A DNA stretch of 64,000 nt. It comes from a virus. Its lineage: Duplodnaviria; Caudoviricetes. The position numbers and the translations under genes are program-made. Shown here piece after piece: positions 46,236 to 56,834 of this stretch. Position 1 is the stretch's first letter, and the number at the start of each line of letters is the position of its first letter. Location: IMG/VR virus record IMGVR_UViG_3300005512_000026, positions 588-64,587 of that record; one strand, given 5' to 3'. The notes under the pieces were generated by a model that worked only from the letters and a program-made list of their open reading frames with translations, was not told where the DNA came from and searched no databases.

Positions 46236-46927
46236 TGGGGGCTTTAGCAGTAATCCCTGCCAGCGGTATCGCAAGCCGTGTTATCGCTGGCAAACCTGCT
46301 GCGCTCTGGACGATGATCGCAGCGGTAGAGGCGGAGATCTTCGACGACGTTCTGTTAGTGACGGATAGCGCAGAGCTTCTAGGGCTGGCGTTTTCGGGTA
46401 TTACCCCTGTCGAACTTCCCGAGAACGTCTCTGGCGGAGCTGACGGGCTAAAAATGGCATATCTGAACGCAGTCCGGAGCCAGACTGTTCCTCACCTTCA
46501 ACTCCCTTCGTTGCAGGTGTGTACGCTTTCACCCTCCACTCCCTTGACCACCTCGGAGCAGATCCGTGAGACGGGTGTAGCGTTTGAGAGATCCGGGAAG
46601 GCTCGGCTGGCGACAATCGTTCACGACCCGTTTGGGTGGAGTATATGTGAAGCACTATGGGGCAGCGGTGGAGCGTCGAATCCCGCAAACGGTGTGGTCA
46701 AGATACTTCCACGCCAGACGGAATCTCCCTTGTTCAAGCCGACAGCAAACATCGTCTGGACTTGGGGAGATCCGGAGGTTGATATATCAAACCTCGACGC
46801 CGAGACTTACGGCTACGTCATACCCGAGGAATCAGCGGTGAATATCGGAACCGAGTTCGGGTATCGAATCGCAGGTATGATTTTGAATCAAAGACGGGCA
46901 GCACACGCCATGCGTGTAGGAGACTGA
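46235..46927 (+). CDS. Degenerate acylneuraminate cytidylyltransferase (NeuA/KdsB)-like protein
   Basis: 'LAVIPAS','IAGKP...WT..AA.EAEIFDDVL.VTDS.E','TLSPSTPL','AVNIGTE'. Confidence 0.6.
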   Translation: MGALAVIPASGIASRVIAGKPAALWTMIAAVEAEIFDDVLLVTDSAELLGLAFSGITPVELPENVSGGADGLKMAYLNAVRSQTVPHLQLPSLQVCTLSPSTPLTTSEQIRETGVAFERSGKARLATIVHDPFGWSICEALWGSGGASNPANGVVKILPRQTESPLFKPTANIVWTWGDPEVDISNLDAETYGYVIPEESAVNIGTEFGYRIAGMILNQRRAAHAMRVGD

Positions 46928-46928
46928 A

Positions 46929-47297
46929 ATGGCTGGATCACTTACGGTCAACGAACATATCGCTCCCAAGCGGAACGGGATCCTCGGGAAGCTGAAATTC
47001 ACATGGACTTGTGACGCTTCCGGTAACGTGAACGGGATCGACCTACCGCCGATCAACGGTCTGATCGAGCGTGTGGCAACGAACCCCACGGATGGGCCAA
47101 CCGCTAACTACGACATAGTTCTCAACGACGAGGACGGAATCGACGTTATGGGCGGAGGTCTAGCCGACCGACACACGACCACATCTGAACAGGTAATCCC
47201 GACGTCGAAACCAGCGGTTGTCGGGGTGCTTACTCCCGTTGTTACCAATGCTGGAGTTTCCAAGACTGGCGTTATCCAGATTTACTACAGCAGGTAA
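46929..47297 (+). CDS. Putative virion structural protein
   Basis: 122 aa beta-rich. Confidence 0.45.
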   Translation: MAGSLTVNEHIAPKRNGILGKLKFTWTCDASGNVNGIDLPPINGLIERVATNPTDGPTANYDIVLNDEDGIDVMGGGLADRHTTTSEQVIPTSKPAVVGVLTPVVTNAGVSKTGVIQIYYSR

Positions 47298-47299
47298 TC

Positions 47300-47824
47300 A
47301 TGGCGATTGGCGCAAACACTTACGCTGAACACGAACGGGTTGAAGCTCGGATCTCCGACGTACTTGTGGGAGGTCTGTTCACCACTGACACCCGCCCGAC
47401 GCTCGCCGAGGCTGAACAGATCCTCGACGATGTAGCAGCGCGAATGAACGCCATTCTTGAATCGAACGGATATACAGCTCCGATTGATTCCGGCGATGAT
47501 GCAATCGCCCATGAGTTCACCGTCGCTGCCAACGCAGCCGGGGCTTGCGTACAGATCTTCCAGAGCTTCCCCACGGAGGCTTGGGATCCACAGGCTCCGG
47601 ATCCGCAACGAAACCGAATTTCCGGTCTAGCAGCGGAGTTTCAAGCGTGGGTAGATATGGTGGAATCCGGAAAGCTGAAAGCGACTCGCTCTGTCTCCCG
47701 GACAGGACGCTTCACTGTGGGATCCGCTCGCGACCGAGCCTCGGGCGATTTGAAGAACCCGGTGTTCACCCGAGACATAGGGGACTTCCCCGGTCGAACC
47801 GACAGGCTGGACGAAACCCAATGA
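47300..47824 (+). CDS. Head-tail connector (adaptor)
   Basis: 174 aa helical; 'AARMNAILESNGY..P'. Confidence 0.6.
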   Translation: MAIGANTYAEHERVEARISDVLVGGLFTTDTRPTLAEAEQILDDVAARMNAILESNGYTAPIDSGDDAIAHEFTVAANAAGACVQIFQSFPTEAWDPQAPDPQRNRISGLAAEFQAWVDMVESGKLKATRSVSRTGRFTVGSARDRASGDLKNPVFTRDIGDFPGRTDRLDETQ

Positions 47825-48279
47825 GTTACGCCACCGTACAGGCTGCGACTCTGGCGGTGCTGCACAAACTTACAGAGCTGGATTCAACCAACTGCACAGA
47901 GAACGACTGGCGTCAGCTCGCCGTGGGCAAGGCGTACCACGTTGTACTCACCCGAGGCGATACCGGGAACCGTTCCATGCAAGATATCCCGGCGAACGGC
48001 GGTGTTTATCAGAGGCGGTCTGACCGTCTTGTGATGATCGAGATTTACTACAGGTACGTGACGGATCTCTACGCCACGAGATCTGGACTCAACGCCTTGA
48101 CTCAGACGATCCTCGACCACCTCGATAAGTGGCCAAACCTCGACCAAGCCGCAGGTGTAATCGAGACGGACGCTGACAACACTCCGAAGCCTGAGACGTT
48201 CGAGGCGGGTCGGTCAACCTACATGGTTCAGAAGATCCCTTTCAACGTCATTGAGTTAGAGGAGCGCACCATCGCATGA
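47821..48279 (+). CDS. Tail completion/terminator-like protein, paralogue 1
   Basis: Aligns along its length with next gene ('RYVTD','LDKWPNLD'). Confidence 0.55.
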   Translation: MSYATVQAATLAVLHKLTELDSTNCTENDWRQLAVGKAYHVVLTRGDTGNRSMQDIPANGGVYQRRSDRLVMIEIYYRYVTDLYATRSGLNALTQTILDHLDKWPNLDQAAGVIETDADNTPKPETFEAGRSTYMVQKIPFNVIELEERTIA

Positions 48280-48809
48280 GCTTCCAGACTGTTCAAGATC
48301 AGGTCGTGACGCTCCTACAGGGAATGACAGACTTCGATACAACTAACTCGGGAGCTGACGACTTCCGGCTGCTCGCTCCGGGGAAATCAAGCTACGGAAT
48401 TGTAATCAAGGGGGCGACGGGTGGTCCCAATTCCGGGCAGGTTGATATCGCCGACGGGAATAAGTCATACGTCAGGCGTGACGACTATTCCGTGGAGATC
48501 CACCTATTCACCCGGTACGTCACGGATCCTTTGCAGACTCGCGGTGATCTTACGACACTCGTCGACGCTGTGGAATCTCACTTTGATAAGTACCCGGATC
48601 TCGACAGCTTCACAGGGGTCATTGACTGCCGGATCGACGTTGTTCCAGAATCTACGGAATGGACGCTTGGATCGGGGAACTACTGGAGACAGGTCATAGT
48701 GGTTCAGGTAGCGGAGCTATCCACTGTCTTTCTTGCCGAAACTCAGGCGGGTGTAATAATGCGATGGGACGGTGAAACTCTTTGGGACGGATCCGGGGAG
48801 TGGGGCTAA
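48276..48809 (+). CDS. Tail completion/terminator-like protein, paralogue 2
   Basis: 'RYVTD','FDKYPDLD'. Confidence 0.55.
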   Translation: MSFQTVQDQVVTLLQGMTDFDTTNSGADDFRLLAPGKSSYGIVIKGATGGPNSGQVDIADGNKSYVRRDDYSVEIHLFTRYVTDPLQTRGDLTTLVDAVESHFDKYPDLDSFTGVIDCRIDVVPESTEWTLGSGNYWRQVIVVQVAELSTVFLAETQAGVIMRWDGETLWDGSGEWG

Positions 48810-49292
48810 ATGACTCAGCAGAAATTTGAATTCGAGGGCGCGAGGGAGCTGGCTCGGAATCTTGACGGAGCCGAGACGATCATCAAGGGAGCTTTGAACA
48901 AAGCTCTCAGGCAGATCGGGAAGCACCTCGTACCTGCGCTCAAAAACAACACACCTCGACGTGTTGGCACACTGGCTAACTCAACGAGGTTTCAAATAAT
49001 TGGTAGTCCGGCGGATCAGAAGTTAGAGATCCGCCAGAGTGCAAGGACTCCGGGCGGAGACTTCTATGGCGCATTTGTGAGGCAGGGAACGCGACCTCAC
49101 GAAATACGTCCGGTGAAGGCGAAGGCTCTGGCGTTTCAAATCGGCAATAGAACTGTGTTCGCTAAGCGTGTCAATCATCCGGGGACTAAGCCGAACCCGT
49201 ACCATATTGACACGATGAACGAAGAACACGGTGAGATTCAGCGGATAGTCACAGAGGCGGGTGTAGATGTGGCAGCAAGGCTGACGAGGTAA
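48810..49292 (+). CDS. HK97 gp10-like neck/tail protein
   Basis: 'TPRRVGTLANS','YGAFVRQGT','HPGTKPNPY'. Confidence 0.75.
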   Translation: MTQQKFEFEGARELARNLDGAETIIKGALNKALRQIGKHLVPALKNNTPRRVGTLANSTRFQIIGSPADQKLEIRQSARTPGGDFYGAFVRQGTRPHEIRPVKAKALAFQIGNRTVFAKRVNHPGTKPNPYHIDTMNEEHGEIQRIVTEAGVDVAARLTR

Positions 49293-49295
49293 AAA

Positions 49296-49736
49296 ATGGC
49301 AGTAAACAGATACCCCGGCAAGGATCTATATTTCGCAATCGACAATGCTGCTGGCTCGCTCCAACAGTTGACGGGTATTACTTCCGTCTCTGGACTGCCC
49401 GGACGGGTGGAGCACCACGACGCTACGGCGATTGGCGATTCCGGGCGCAAACACGCAGCAGCCCTTGAAAACGTCGTGGTCACGATTGAGGGCTGGTATG
49501 ACGACACAGCGACCACTGGTACACAGGTAGTCCTATCAGGACTGGCAGCGGTTCGATCTTCTGATCAGGAATCGTCGATTGAGTATGGTCCAGCGGGAAA
49601 CGGATCAGGAGCTGAAAAGTTCTCTGCGGAAGTCAAGCTAGACGAGCTTGAATATCCCGGTAGGCTCGGGGATCTGATTGGATTCCGGGCGACTCTGCTG
49701 GTGCAGGGCGTGGTCACGGCTGGCACGTTTGCCTAA
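49296..49736 (+). CDS. Major tail tube protein
   Basis: 146 aa; 'ITSVSGLPG','T.IGD.GRK..A.LE'; precedes chaperone and tape measure. Confidence 0.75.
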   Translation: MAVNRYPGKDLYFAIDNAAGSLQQLTGITSVSGLPGRVEHHDATAIGDSGRKHAAALENVVVTIEGWYDDTATTGTQVVLSGLAAVRSSDQESSIEYGPAGNGSGAEKFSAEVKLDELEYPGRLGDLIGFRATLLVQGVVTAGTFA

Positions 49737-49755
49737 ATAGGTCTAAGGCGGGAAC

Positions 49756-50226
49756 ATGGATCTAAAGATTGTCGGGACTTCCAGTGGAGGGATCCCGGTT
49801 TATCGGTATACGTGGAGTGATGGGTCATGGTGGGAGTTTTACGGCGAGCAACCGTGGGTAGTCACCCGACTACTCCGGCAACGTCTAGCCCCGTTGGATC
49901 CAGAGAAGGACGAGGATGCTCAGCAAATGTCAGAGATCTCCCGGACGGTCAGACTGACCTACGGGACGCTGGCATGGTCGTGGGATCTCCCGGTTGTGGA
50001 ATCGTCGCTAGACACTCTGAAATCTACAAAGGTTTTGGAGCTGAGCCGGGTAATGTCCGAGCTTCATTTGAAGTCCGATTTGAACGAGGTTGGAGTAGAG
50101 CAAAAAAAAGCCTACAGTGGGCGTTGGTGGCGCGGGATCCTGTCCCGACTTTCTGGCTGGACGTTCACGATTACACGGCGCAGATCCGAACCGGAATTGT
50201 CTCGCCGTTATCACAGCCAGAGCTAG
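49756..50226 (+). CDS. Tail assembly chaperone (gpG-like)
   Basis: Between tail tube and tape measure; A8 run at 50102-50109. Confidence 0.65.
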   Translation: MDLKIVGTSSGGIPVYRYTWSDGSWWEFYGEQPWVVTRLLRQRLAPLDPEKDEDAQQMSEISRTVRLTYGTLAWSWDLPVVESSLDTLKSTKVLELSRVMSELHLKSDLNEVGVEQKKAYSGRWWRGILSRLSGWTFTITRRRSEPELSRRYHSQS

Positions 50227-50318
50227 ACGAGAAGCCAGCGTGGTGGGTGAACAAGTTGGTCGAGTTCATCAACGTAAGAAACGAAGCTGATCAAGCTATG
50301 AGGGATATGCGGTCGTGA
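49756..50318 (+). CDS. Tail assembly chaperone, -1 frameshift product (gpGT-like)
   Basis: CAA AAA AAA slippery site; -1 frame open to 50318 and coupled to tape measure. Confidence 0.55.
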
Positions 50319-51424
50319 CGCTCAATAACAACGAAGCCGAAGTCGCTATCACTATGAAAGCGAAGGATGAAGCATCCGAGGAAATGGAGGCTGTCCGAGA
50401 TCAAGCGAAGGGGATGGACAAGGACTTCAACCTCCTGTCGAAATCAATGGTGGCGACTACCCTCGGGTTCTTCGGTTTGTCGTTCGGTATGACCAAAACT
50501 TTCGATGCAGTCATGGAAGCTCGGGACTCGGTGTTACAGATCGACTCTGCTATAGCGGTTCTTGGTCCCAACGCCGAGGAGACTATGGCGAAGTTCGAGC
50601 CAGCTATCGGAACGCTCGGCGACATAATGAAAGTCGCTGATCAGGACGTTCGTGCTGCGCTAACAAATATGCTTCGTGGCTCCGGCGGTATCGAACCAAC
50701 GGCGCAGGACATTATCACGGCGTTCGCTCTCGCAGAAGGTTTCGGGATCCCGATTGAGCAAGCGTCTGAGTCAGTCGGTCTTGCGCTCCGTGGAGTGATG
50801 GACAGCGTGAATCAGATCGTAGACCCGACAGGCATGAATCCTGTAGACAGTCTGGAAGAGCTTTACGACGATCTCGTTGGAGTGTTCCTCGATAGCCGGA
50901 CAAGCCTCGACGATATTACTAAGGTCTGGAATGAGCTGTGGAACGCTGTTCTCGGCAAGAACACGACTCCTAAACCGGGCGGAGGGTTGAGCGACATTCC
51001 GGGGGACGTACTCCTAGCTGTCGCAGACCCGATGAGCCAAGTCCCTGATTTCTTGCTGGATCCAAACTCTGAGGAAGCTAAGAGGCGAGAGCGGTTCAAG
51101 GAGCTTGGAGAGGCGTCCCGGATCGAAAATCTCTGGAAAGAGCTGAACGCTGGCGGAGCTTTTGGGATCGACGATTTCGACACGCTACTCCGGAGTGGCG
51201 GGAAAGCACCGAAGCTCATCGATGAAATCGGCAAGACGATCGTTTCGATAGTTGACTCAGACCTCGGGCGCTCATCTACGGTGAACGGCAGTCAAGGGGT
51301 GGTTATCAACATCAACACGCCGACTGGTGAGGAGAGGCGACAGCAGATCCTAGACGAAGTGAACAAGGCTCTCGATGAAGCCCTGCGACGTGCCGGTGGG
51401 CTAGACGGATCTATGGGCAGGTAA
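50315..51424 (+). CDS. Tape measure protein (short, 369 aa)
   Basis: 'VAITMKAKDEASEEMEAV' N-terminus, helical, canonical position. Confidence 0.75.
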   Translation: MTLNNNEAEVAITMKAKDEASEEMEAVRDQAKGMDKDFNLLSKSMVATTLGFFGLSFGMTKTFDAVMEARDSVLQIDSAIAVLGPNAEETMAKFEPAIGTLGDIMKVADQDVRAALTNMLRGSGGIEPTAQDIITAFALAEGFGIPIEQASESVGLALRGVMDSVNQIVDPTGMNPVDSLEELYDDLVGVFLDSRTSLDDITKVWNELWNAVLGKNTTPKPGGGLSDIPGDVLLAVADPMSQVPDFLLDPNSEEAKRRERFKELGEASRIENLWKELNAGGAFGIDDFDTLLRSGGKAPKLIDEIGKTIVSIVDSDLGRSSTVNGSQGVVININTPTGEERRQQILDEVNKALDEALRRAGGLDGSMGR

Positions 51425-53847
51425 TGGTAGCTCCGAAGATTGAAATACATATCGACTTCGACGAGGACGGTGTTTTCGACGACGATGAGGAGATCTCGTC
51501 AGACGTAAAATCGTTCCAGATCACCGAGGGGTTCGACCTGTTTACCCGGCAGCCTCGGGCGCGGTTCGTCACCATGACGGTGAAGAACAAAGACCACAAG
51601 TACACACCGACAAATACCTCGTCCTCGCTGTATCCATTTCAGCTTCCGGGGCCAGACTGCCGGATCCGGTTTGCGTATCCATACGACGGGTTTGCTGCTT
51701 CGGACGGGACAGCTCTCAACGGTCGCGACTTCCCTATGGCGAATGACCAGTCAAAGTCGGATCCAAACTTTGACACTTGGACAGCGGATACTCAGTTCGA
51801 GATCCGATCGAACCATGTGGAAGTGACGAGCGGTGGCGGGGAGCGGATCGCAACAATCGACGCTCCCGGAACGTGGGGGCTTGGAAACAAACTGAAATTC
51901 GGAGCGAGGATCCAGCGCGAGTCTGGAACTATCGCCTACCCGTACAAGCAATCCCTGTTCGTCTATCGCTACGCTGACGACAACAACTATTCAGAGGTCG
52001 CTCTGGAACAGGCAAGCTCCGGCGCAGCACTTGAAATCAAGTTCAACAAAATGGTTGCCGGATCCCTGTCGGCTTACGCTGCGAGCGATATCGAGAACGA
52101 CATAAAGACGATATGGGCAGAAGGCGCGAAAGCTCGGGTTGAGGTTCAGTTATATCACCAAGAGATCATCGTTTGGGTTGACGATCACGTAGCGTCTGTC
52201 AACGACCAACAGACGACGGGGATGCTCAACACTGAGTACGGGATCGGCGGTGAGGAGATCTCGACCAACGGAGCTTCCGGGGCAGCGGGATCCCGGCTGG
52301 TTCAGTGGGAGGATTTCGGCGGGTGGTCAACGAAGTTCTATGGACGGGCTGACCTGATTCGACCGCAGCCTGACACGCAGGAATCGAACGCCATAATCCA
52401 AGCCTATGACGACCTAGAGCGAGCAAGGCTGGATCTCGTCCAAGCGTCGAGCGATACAGACTCACAGATGGACGATATCGCCACGAAGATCCTCGACGGA
52501 ATCGGTGTGGCGACCACGAAGCGTCTTATGACCGATACGAGCTGGCCACTAAACGACACGTACAGGATGCCTATATCACGCGACGGCTACACCGAGCTAG
52601 TCCAAATGGCTACCGATTGGTGGGGCAGGTTTTGGGTGGACGGTCACGGCGTTTACCGGATCGAACAGAACGATCACAGGAGTTCCACACCACATACGAA
52701 CCCTGCGTGGCAAGTCCGGGACACCCGATCCTCAGGGAGCATCATCGGTATGCGGGAGCCGATTGAAATAGATCTTGGCTTGGACAGAGTTGAGAACGAG
52801 ATCTTCTATCAGTATTTTCGGGTGACGGCTGCGACTGCAGCAACCGTGTGGCAACTAGAGGTTGACGACAACCCGATAGTGTCATTCGGAAACGCCCCAG
52901 TGACGGTCGAAACCACAGATTTTCAACTGACTGATATCGGGATCATCGGTCAGGAATCGAACGCTGTCGGATTCCTTGTCCCTGTACCGGGAACCGATTT
53001 CACGATTGACGAAAACTCAGACGGCACAGGGATCGACTGGCTCACACCTCTGATTTCAGAGAGCGGGACTGTCACAATGGCTGGCGACTATTCCAGCATT
53101 GACGACACGACGCAACGGTTTGACCAAAGTACGTCGCTCGGCGGAGGGTTGTGGCCACGCGATGAGGGCTACATAATCGTCGTCGATTCGTCGAACAACC
53201 GCTTGCTATCCAAGATCGTTCCCGGAGACGTTGACGGTGACGGGACTCGGGTGTATCTCAGCAACGGTGACGAAACAGGCTCGGGCAGCGACTACTACAT
53301 CTACAAAGAATCAGGGTTCTCGCTGGCGAATACGCCTCTGACCTACGACGTGTTCATAGGAGCTGCTTACGTCATACCCGGATATGAGGGCAACTTCGTT
53401 GTTTACCGGGTGATGCTCAACGACGGGATCATCAACATTCCCGAGACTGCCTACATCACTTCTGCACAGGCGAGGGCGGAGGAACATACGTCGTCCAGCC
53501 AAACAGCTTCGAGATCTATCGACGCTACCTCGGCGACAAAGTATGGACGCAGACCCGTCACGCATCCCGCCCGGCATATAGACAACCTTTTCTACGCCAA
53601 GATCGTCTCTGACGCTCGCCTAGCCGACCGCAAGGACGAGAAATGGCGCATCAAGTACAACATTCATGGGAATTACTCCTACGCTGATCTCTGGCATTGC
53701 ATTTGGGCAGAACTTGGAGACAGAATCGACCTGTTCTACAGCGGTGCCGGTTTGACTAGCAAGGACTTCTTCCTAGAAACTCAAACCCTGACAGTCCGAG
53801 ACGGGGGACTGTTCATTAGCTCCGATATCGAGGGGATAGAAACCTAA
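51424..53847 (+). CDS. Tail tip/hub protein
   Basis: 807 aa after tape measure; '[14 protein letters not shown]','VENEI'. Confidence 0.6.
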   Translation: MVAPKIEIHIDFDEDGVFDDDEEISSDVKSFQITEGFDLFTRQPRARFVTMTVKNKDHKYTPTNTSSSLYPFQLPGPDCRIRFAYPYDGFAASDGTALNGRDFPMANDQSKSDPNFDTWTADTQFEIRSNHVEVTSGGGERIATIDAPGTWGLGNKLKFGARIQRESGTIAYPYKQSLFVYRYADDNNYSEVALEQASSGAALEIKFNKMVAGSLSAYAASDIENDIKTIWAEGAKARVEVQLYHQEIIVWVDDHVASVNDQQTTGMLNTEYGIGGEEISTNGASGAAGSRLVQWEDFGGWSTKFYGRADLIRPQPDTQESNAIIQAYDDLERARLDLVQASSDTDSQMDDIATKILDGIGVATTKRLMTDTSWPLNDTYRMPISRDGYTELVQMATDWWGRFWVDGHGVYRIEQNDHRSSTPHTNPAWQVRDTRSSGSIIGMREPIEIDLGLDRVENEIFYQYFRVTAATAATVWQLEVDDNPIVSFGNAPVTVETTDFQLTDIGIIGQESNAVGFLVPVPGTDFTIDENSDGTGIDWLTPLISESGTVTMAGDYSSIDDTTQRFDQSTSLGGGLWPRDEGYIIVVDSSNNRLLSKIVPGDVDGDGTRVYLSNGDETGSGSDYYIYKESGFSLANTPLTYDVFIGAAYVIPGYEGNFVVYRVMLNDGIINIPETAYITSAQARAEEHTSSSQTASRSIDATSATKYGRRPVTHPARHIDNLFYAKIVSDARLADRKDEKWRIKYNIHGNYSYADLWHCIWAELGDRIDLFYSGAGLTSKDFFLETQTLTVRDGGLFISSDIEGIET

Positions 53848-56825
53848 TGGCGAACCGATCTGGAACCGTCGCATCAACGAATCCTGCGACCCACACGCAA
53901 TACAACGACCTTCGCCTTGACGCTATTGGCCCATTCCTCGATAACCGCGTGTGGAATGACAACTACGAAGCTCAGTTTGGCACCAACGGAGCCGATGGAA
54001 GGATCCTCTCAGACGGAACCGACTTGATCATCGACGCAAAAGGTGGCGGGGATATCAATCTCCAAGTCTCCGGGGTGACGCGTCTGCAAGTGACGTCCAC
54101 CGGATTCAACCTCATCGGCGACCAGCTATTTGACGACAACGAAAAAGCGACTTTCGGAACCACGAACAAGGGCAGCGTCTATCACGACGGTACGGATCTC
54201 CATATAGACCCTGACGAGGTTGGAATCGGGAACGTGAAAGTCGGAGCCAGTGTGGTTATCGACGCTTCTGAATCGCTGTTCTTTGGAGCAGTCGAGGTGA
54301 TTGCCGACGCTGCGGGTACAACGACGCTCCAAAACATCGACGCTCTGGACGCTACGACAGAGGCGACCATTGAGGCAGCGGTAGATACACTCTCGAATCT
54401 TACGTCTGCTACGTCTCTGTCGATCACAGAGAGCCAAATAAGCGATTTAGGGACGACGGTAGCTCTTGTCGCCGATAACCTCTCTGTGTTCGCAGCAACA
54501 ACCTCTGCTCAACTCGCCTCAGTCATATCCGATGAGACGGGATCCGGTGCGCTTGTGTTTGGGTCAGCTCCCACACTCTCCTCACCTGTCTTGAATACAG
54601 GCGTGTCCGGATCTGCCGTCCAAGACGACGACAGCTTTACGACTCCAAGCGCGACGAAGCTCGCCTCATCTGAATCAATCAAGGCATACGTCGACGCTGC
54701 GATCACGGCAGGAGATCTCGACTTGGCTGCGGACACCGGAACGATTGACGTAGATCACGATTCCGAGATCTTGACCATCGCTGGCGGAACCGGGATCGAC
54801 ACATCTGCCTCGCTCACGACGGTCACGATCGCTATTGACGCTACGGTGGCGACGCTAACTGGCGCTCAGACGTTGACGAACAAGACGATCAACTCAGCGT
54901 CGAACACGATTACGATCACTGAATCAAGCATTTCGGATCTTCAAAGCTACCTCTTGCCGGGAACAGTCACCGAGGCTGATATCTCAGATCTCGGCATAAC
55001 GGTTGCAATGGTCGCTGACAACCTCTCGGTATTCGCTGCGACAACCTCGGCGCAGCTTGCGGGAGTAATCTCAGACGAGACAGGCTCGGGCGCACTCGTT
55101 TTCGGAACCTCTCCAACAATCGCTACCCCATCATTTACAGGTAATGTGACGATGGCGACTAGCACCAACTTGCTGTCCGGTGCTGTAACCATTCTCTCAG
55201 ACTCAGCGGGCACGATGACGCTCTCAAACATTGATGCGTTGGATGCCACCACAGAGGCGACGATAGAAGCGTCCATAGACACACTCGCTAATTTGACCTC
55301 TGCGGCTTCTCTGGCGACAGTAGGCACTATTACGGCTGGTGTATGGCAGGGGACGGACGTTGGTGTTGCTCATGGTGGCACAGGTGCAAGTACAGCAAGC
55401 GCAGCACGATCTAATCTCGGCGTTGCGATTGGTTCTGACGTACAGGCGTATGACATTGAACTGGCTGCGGTTGCGGGGCTGACCTCTGCTGCCAACAAGG
55501 TTCCACGGTTCACGGGATCAGGGACAGCCGACCTTTTAGACTTCCTTGATGAAGATGGGATGACATCTAACAGCGCAAACGCTGTCGCGTCCCAGCAATC
55601 CATCAAGGCATACGTGGACTCCCAGATTGGCTCCAACAACGAGTTATCTGAGGTTCTCGGTAACGGGAACTCCACTGGTGCTAACGACATCATCGTTTCA
55701 TCAGGGCAAGCGATCACCACGAACACCATCAGCGAGACTACTGCTGCATCTGGTGTCACGATTGACTCGGTGGTACTCAAAGATGGTGGCTTTACTACCG
55801 CTGGTGATTCCTTTATTGGTAACGGCAACGGACTCGTTGTAGGGCACACGGCGCAGGAGTCAATCGGTGGTGCGGGTGTTTCCGAGTTGCAAGTATTGGG
55901 TACTGCTGGCGGGGATGCTGCCATTGGTGTTATTCGGGTATCAAACGATACTGGCGGAGCCTCGATAACCCTCGCAAAGTCTCGTGGTGCTTCTATTGGA
56001 GCGCATACTGTTGTCCAAGATAACGACCCGCTTGGGCGTATCGACTTTGCTGGTGATGATGGTGCTGACTACAACGCTGTCGGAGCAGCCATTCACGCAG
56101 AGGTAGACGGAACCCCTGGCACAAACGATATGCCGGGCAGGCTGGTGTTCAAAACGACAGCAGACGGCGCTCAAGCAGCAACAGAAGCCCTCCGTATCGA
56201 CTCGTCGCAACTAGTCGGCATCGGTGCTGCGTCTGGTGGCGCAAGGCTGGAAGTCGTAGACTCTGGGCTGGCTTCATCGACCGTTTTCAAAGTCACAGCC
56301 GACGATGGAAACCCATACGGAATAATCGTTGGTAACGACACGTTTAGCACATCAGACGTTGAGGGACTTGCCCTCTATGTAACCAACGCTGGTGAGTCAA
56401 AGATTCGTGCGCTTGGAACTGGCGGTGTACTCCACTTAGGGACACCGGCAGCATCAGATCAGGTAGTGATCGACAACTCAGGGAATATGACAATCAAGGG
56501 TGACATCAACCCAAATGCAGACGGGACTCTTGACCTAGGTACGCAGACAACTGCTCAGTGGGCAAACGTGTGGGCAGACCTTGTAAACGGTTCTGACATC
56601 GCTATGGCGAACGGTGTACGAATGCTGGAGTCAGAGTTGTATGAAGGCTACGGTCGTGGCTGGGCGGTCGGCTACGATGCTGACTGGGAAGACGGCAAGG
56701 CTATCTGGAAGAACCGTGACATGATTGGCAACGGCAAGCCGATGTTTGCTGTCACTGAAGATTTCATCGAGTTCAACGGGAAACGTATAACTAAGGCACA
56801 ATGGGCTGCATTAGCAAACGCATAG
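53847..56825 (+). CDS. Tail fibre (Y N-terminus + shared block + X C-terminus), with internal repeats
   Basis: Two copies each of '[28 protein letters not shown]' and '[15 protein letters not shown]'; spans repeat copy 2. Confidence 0.8.
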   Translation: MANRSGTVASTNPATHTQYNDLRLDAIGPFLDNRVWNDNYEAQFGTNGADGRILSDGTDLIIDAKGGGDINLQVSGVTRLQVTSTGFNLIGDQLFDDNEKATFGTTNKGSVYHDGTDLHIDPDEVGIGNVKVGASVVIDASESLFFGAVEVIADAAGTTTLQNIDALDATTEATIEAAVDTLSNLTSATSLSITESQISDLGTTVALVADNLSVFAATTSAQLASVISDETGSGALVFGSAPTLSSPVLNTGVSGSAVQDDDSFTTPSATKLASSESIKAYVDAAITAGDLDLAADTGTIDVDHDSEILTIAGGTGIDTSASLTTVTIAIDATVATLTGAQTLTNKTINSASNTITITESSISDLQSYLLPGTVTEADISDLGITVAMVADNLSVFAATTSAQLAGVISDETGSGALVFGTSPTIATPSFTGNVTMATSTNLLSGAVTILSDSAGTMTLSNIDALDATTEATIEASIDTLANLTSAASLATVGTITAGVWQGTDVGVAHGGTGASTASAARSNLGVAIGSDVQAYDIELAAVAGLTSAANKVPRFTGSGTADLLDFLDEDGMTSNSANAVASQQSIKAYVDSQIGSNNELSEVLGNGNSTGANDIIVSSGQAITTNTISETTAASGVTIDSVVLKDGGFTTAGDSFIGNGNGLVVGHTAQESIGGAGVSELQVLGTAGGDAAIGVIRVSNDTGGASITLAKSRGASIGAHTVVQDNDPLGRIDFAGDDGADYNAVGAAIHAEVDGTPGTNDMPGRLVFKTTADGAQAATEALRIDSSQLVGIGAASGGARLEVVDSGLASSTVFKVTADDGNPYGIIVGNDTFSTSDVEGLALYVTNAGESKIRALGTGGVLHLGTPAASDQVVIDNSGNMTIKGDINPNADGTLDLGTQTTAQWANVWADLVNGSDIAMANGVRMLESELYEGYGRGWAVGYDADWEDGKAIWKNRDMIGNGKPMFAVTEDFIEFNGKRITKAQWAALANA
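55583..56209 (+). repeat. Direct repeat copy 2 (627 bp; exact core 55672-56209)
   Basis: Matches 13108-13734 at constant offset 42,475. Confidence 0.95.
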
Positions 56826-56834
56826 GAGGACACG

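Larger units (their letters stand above)
13735..56209 (+). mobile_element. Phage Y: apparently complete 42,475-bp siphovirus-like genome bounded by the fibre-gene direct repeat
   Basis: Full set of replication, packaging, head and tail genes; circularises in frame through the repeat; distinct GGATCC-rich word usage. Confidence 0.8.

Noticed and set aside
13735-56209. Integrase-mediated prophage with attL/attR
   Set aside because: No tyrosine or serine recombinase recognised; flanks are long coding homology, not a short att core.
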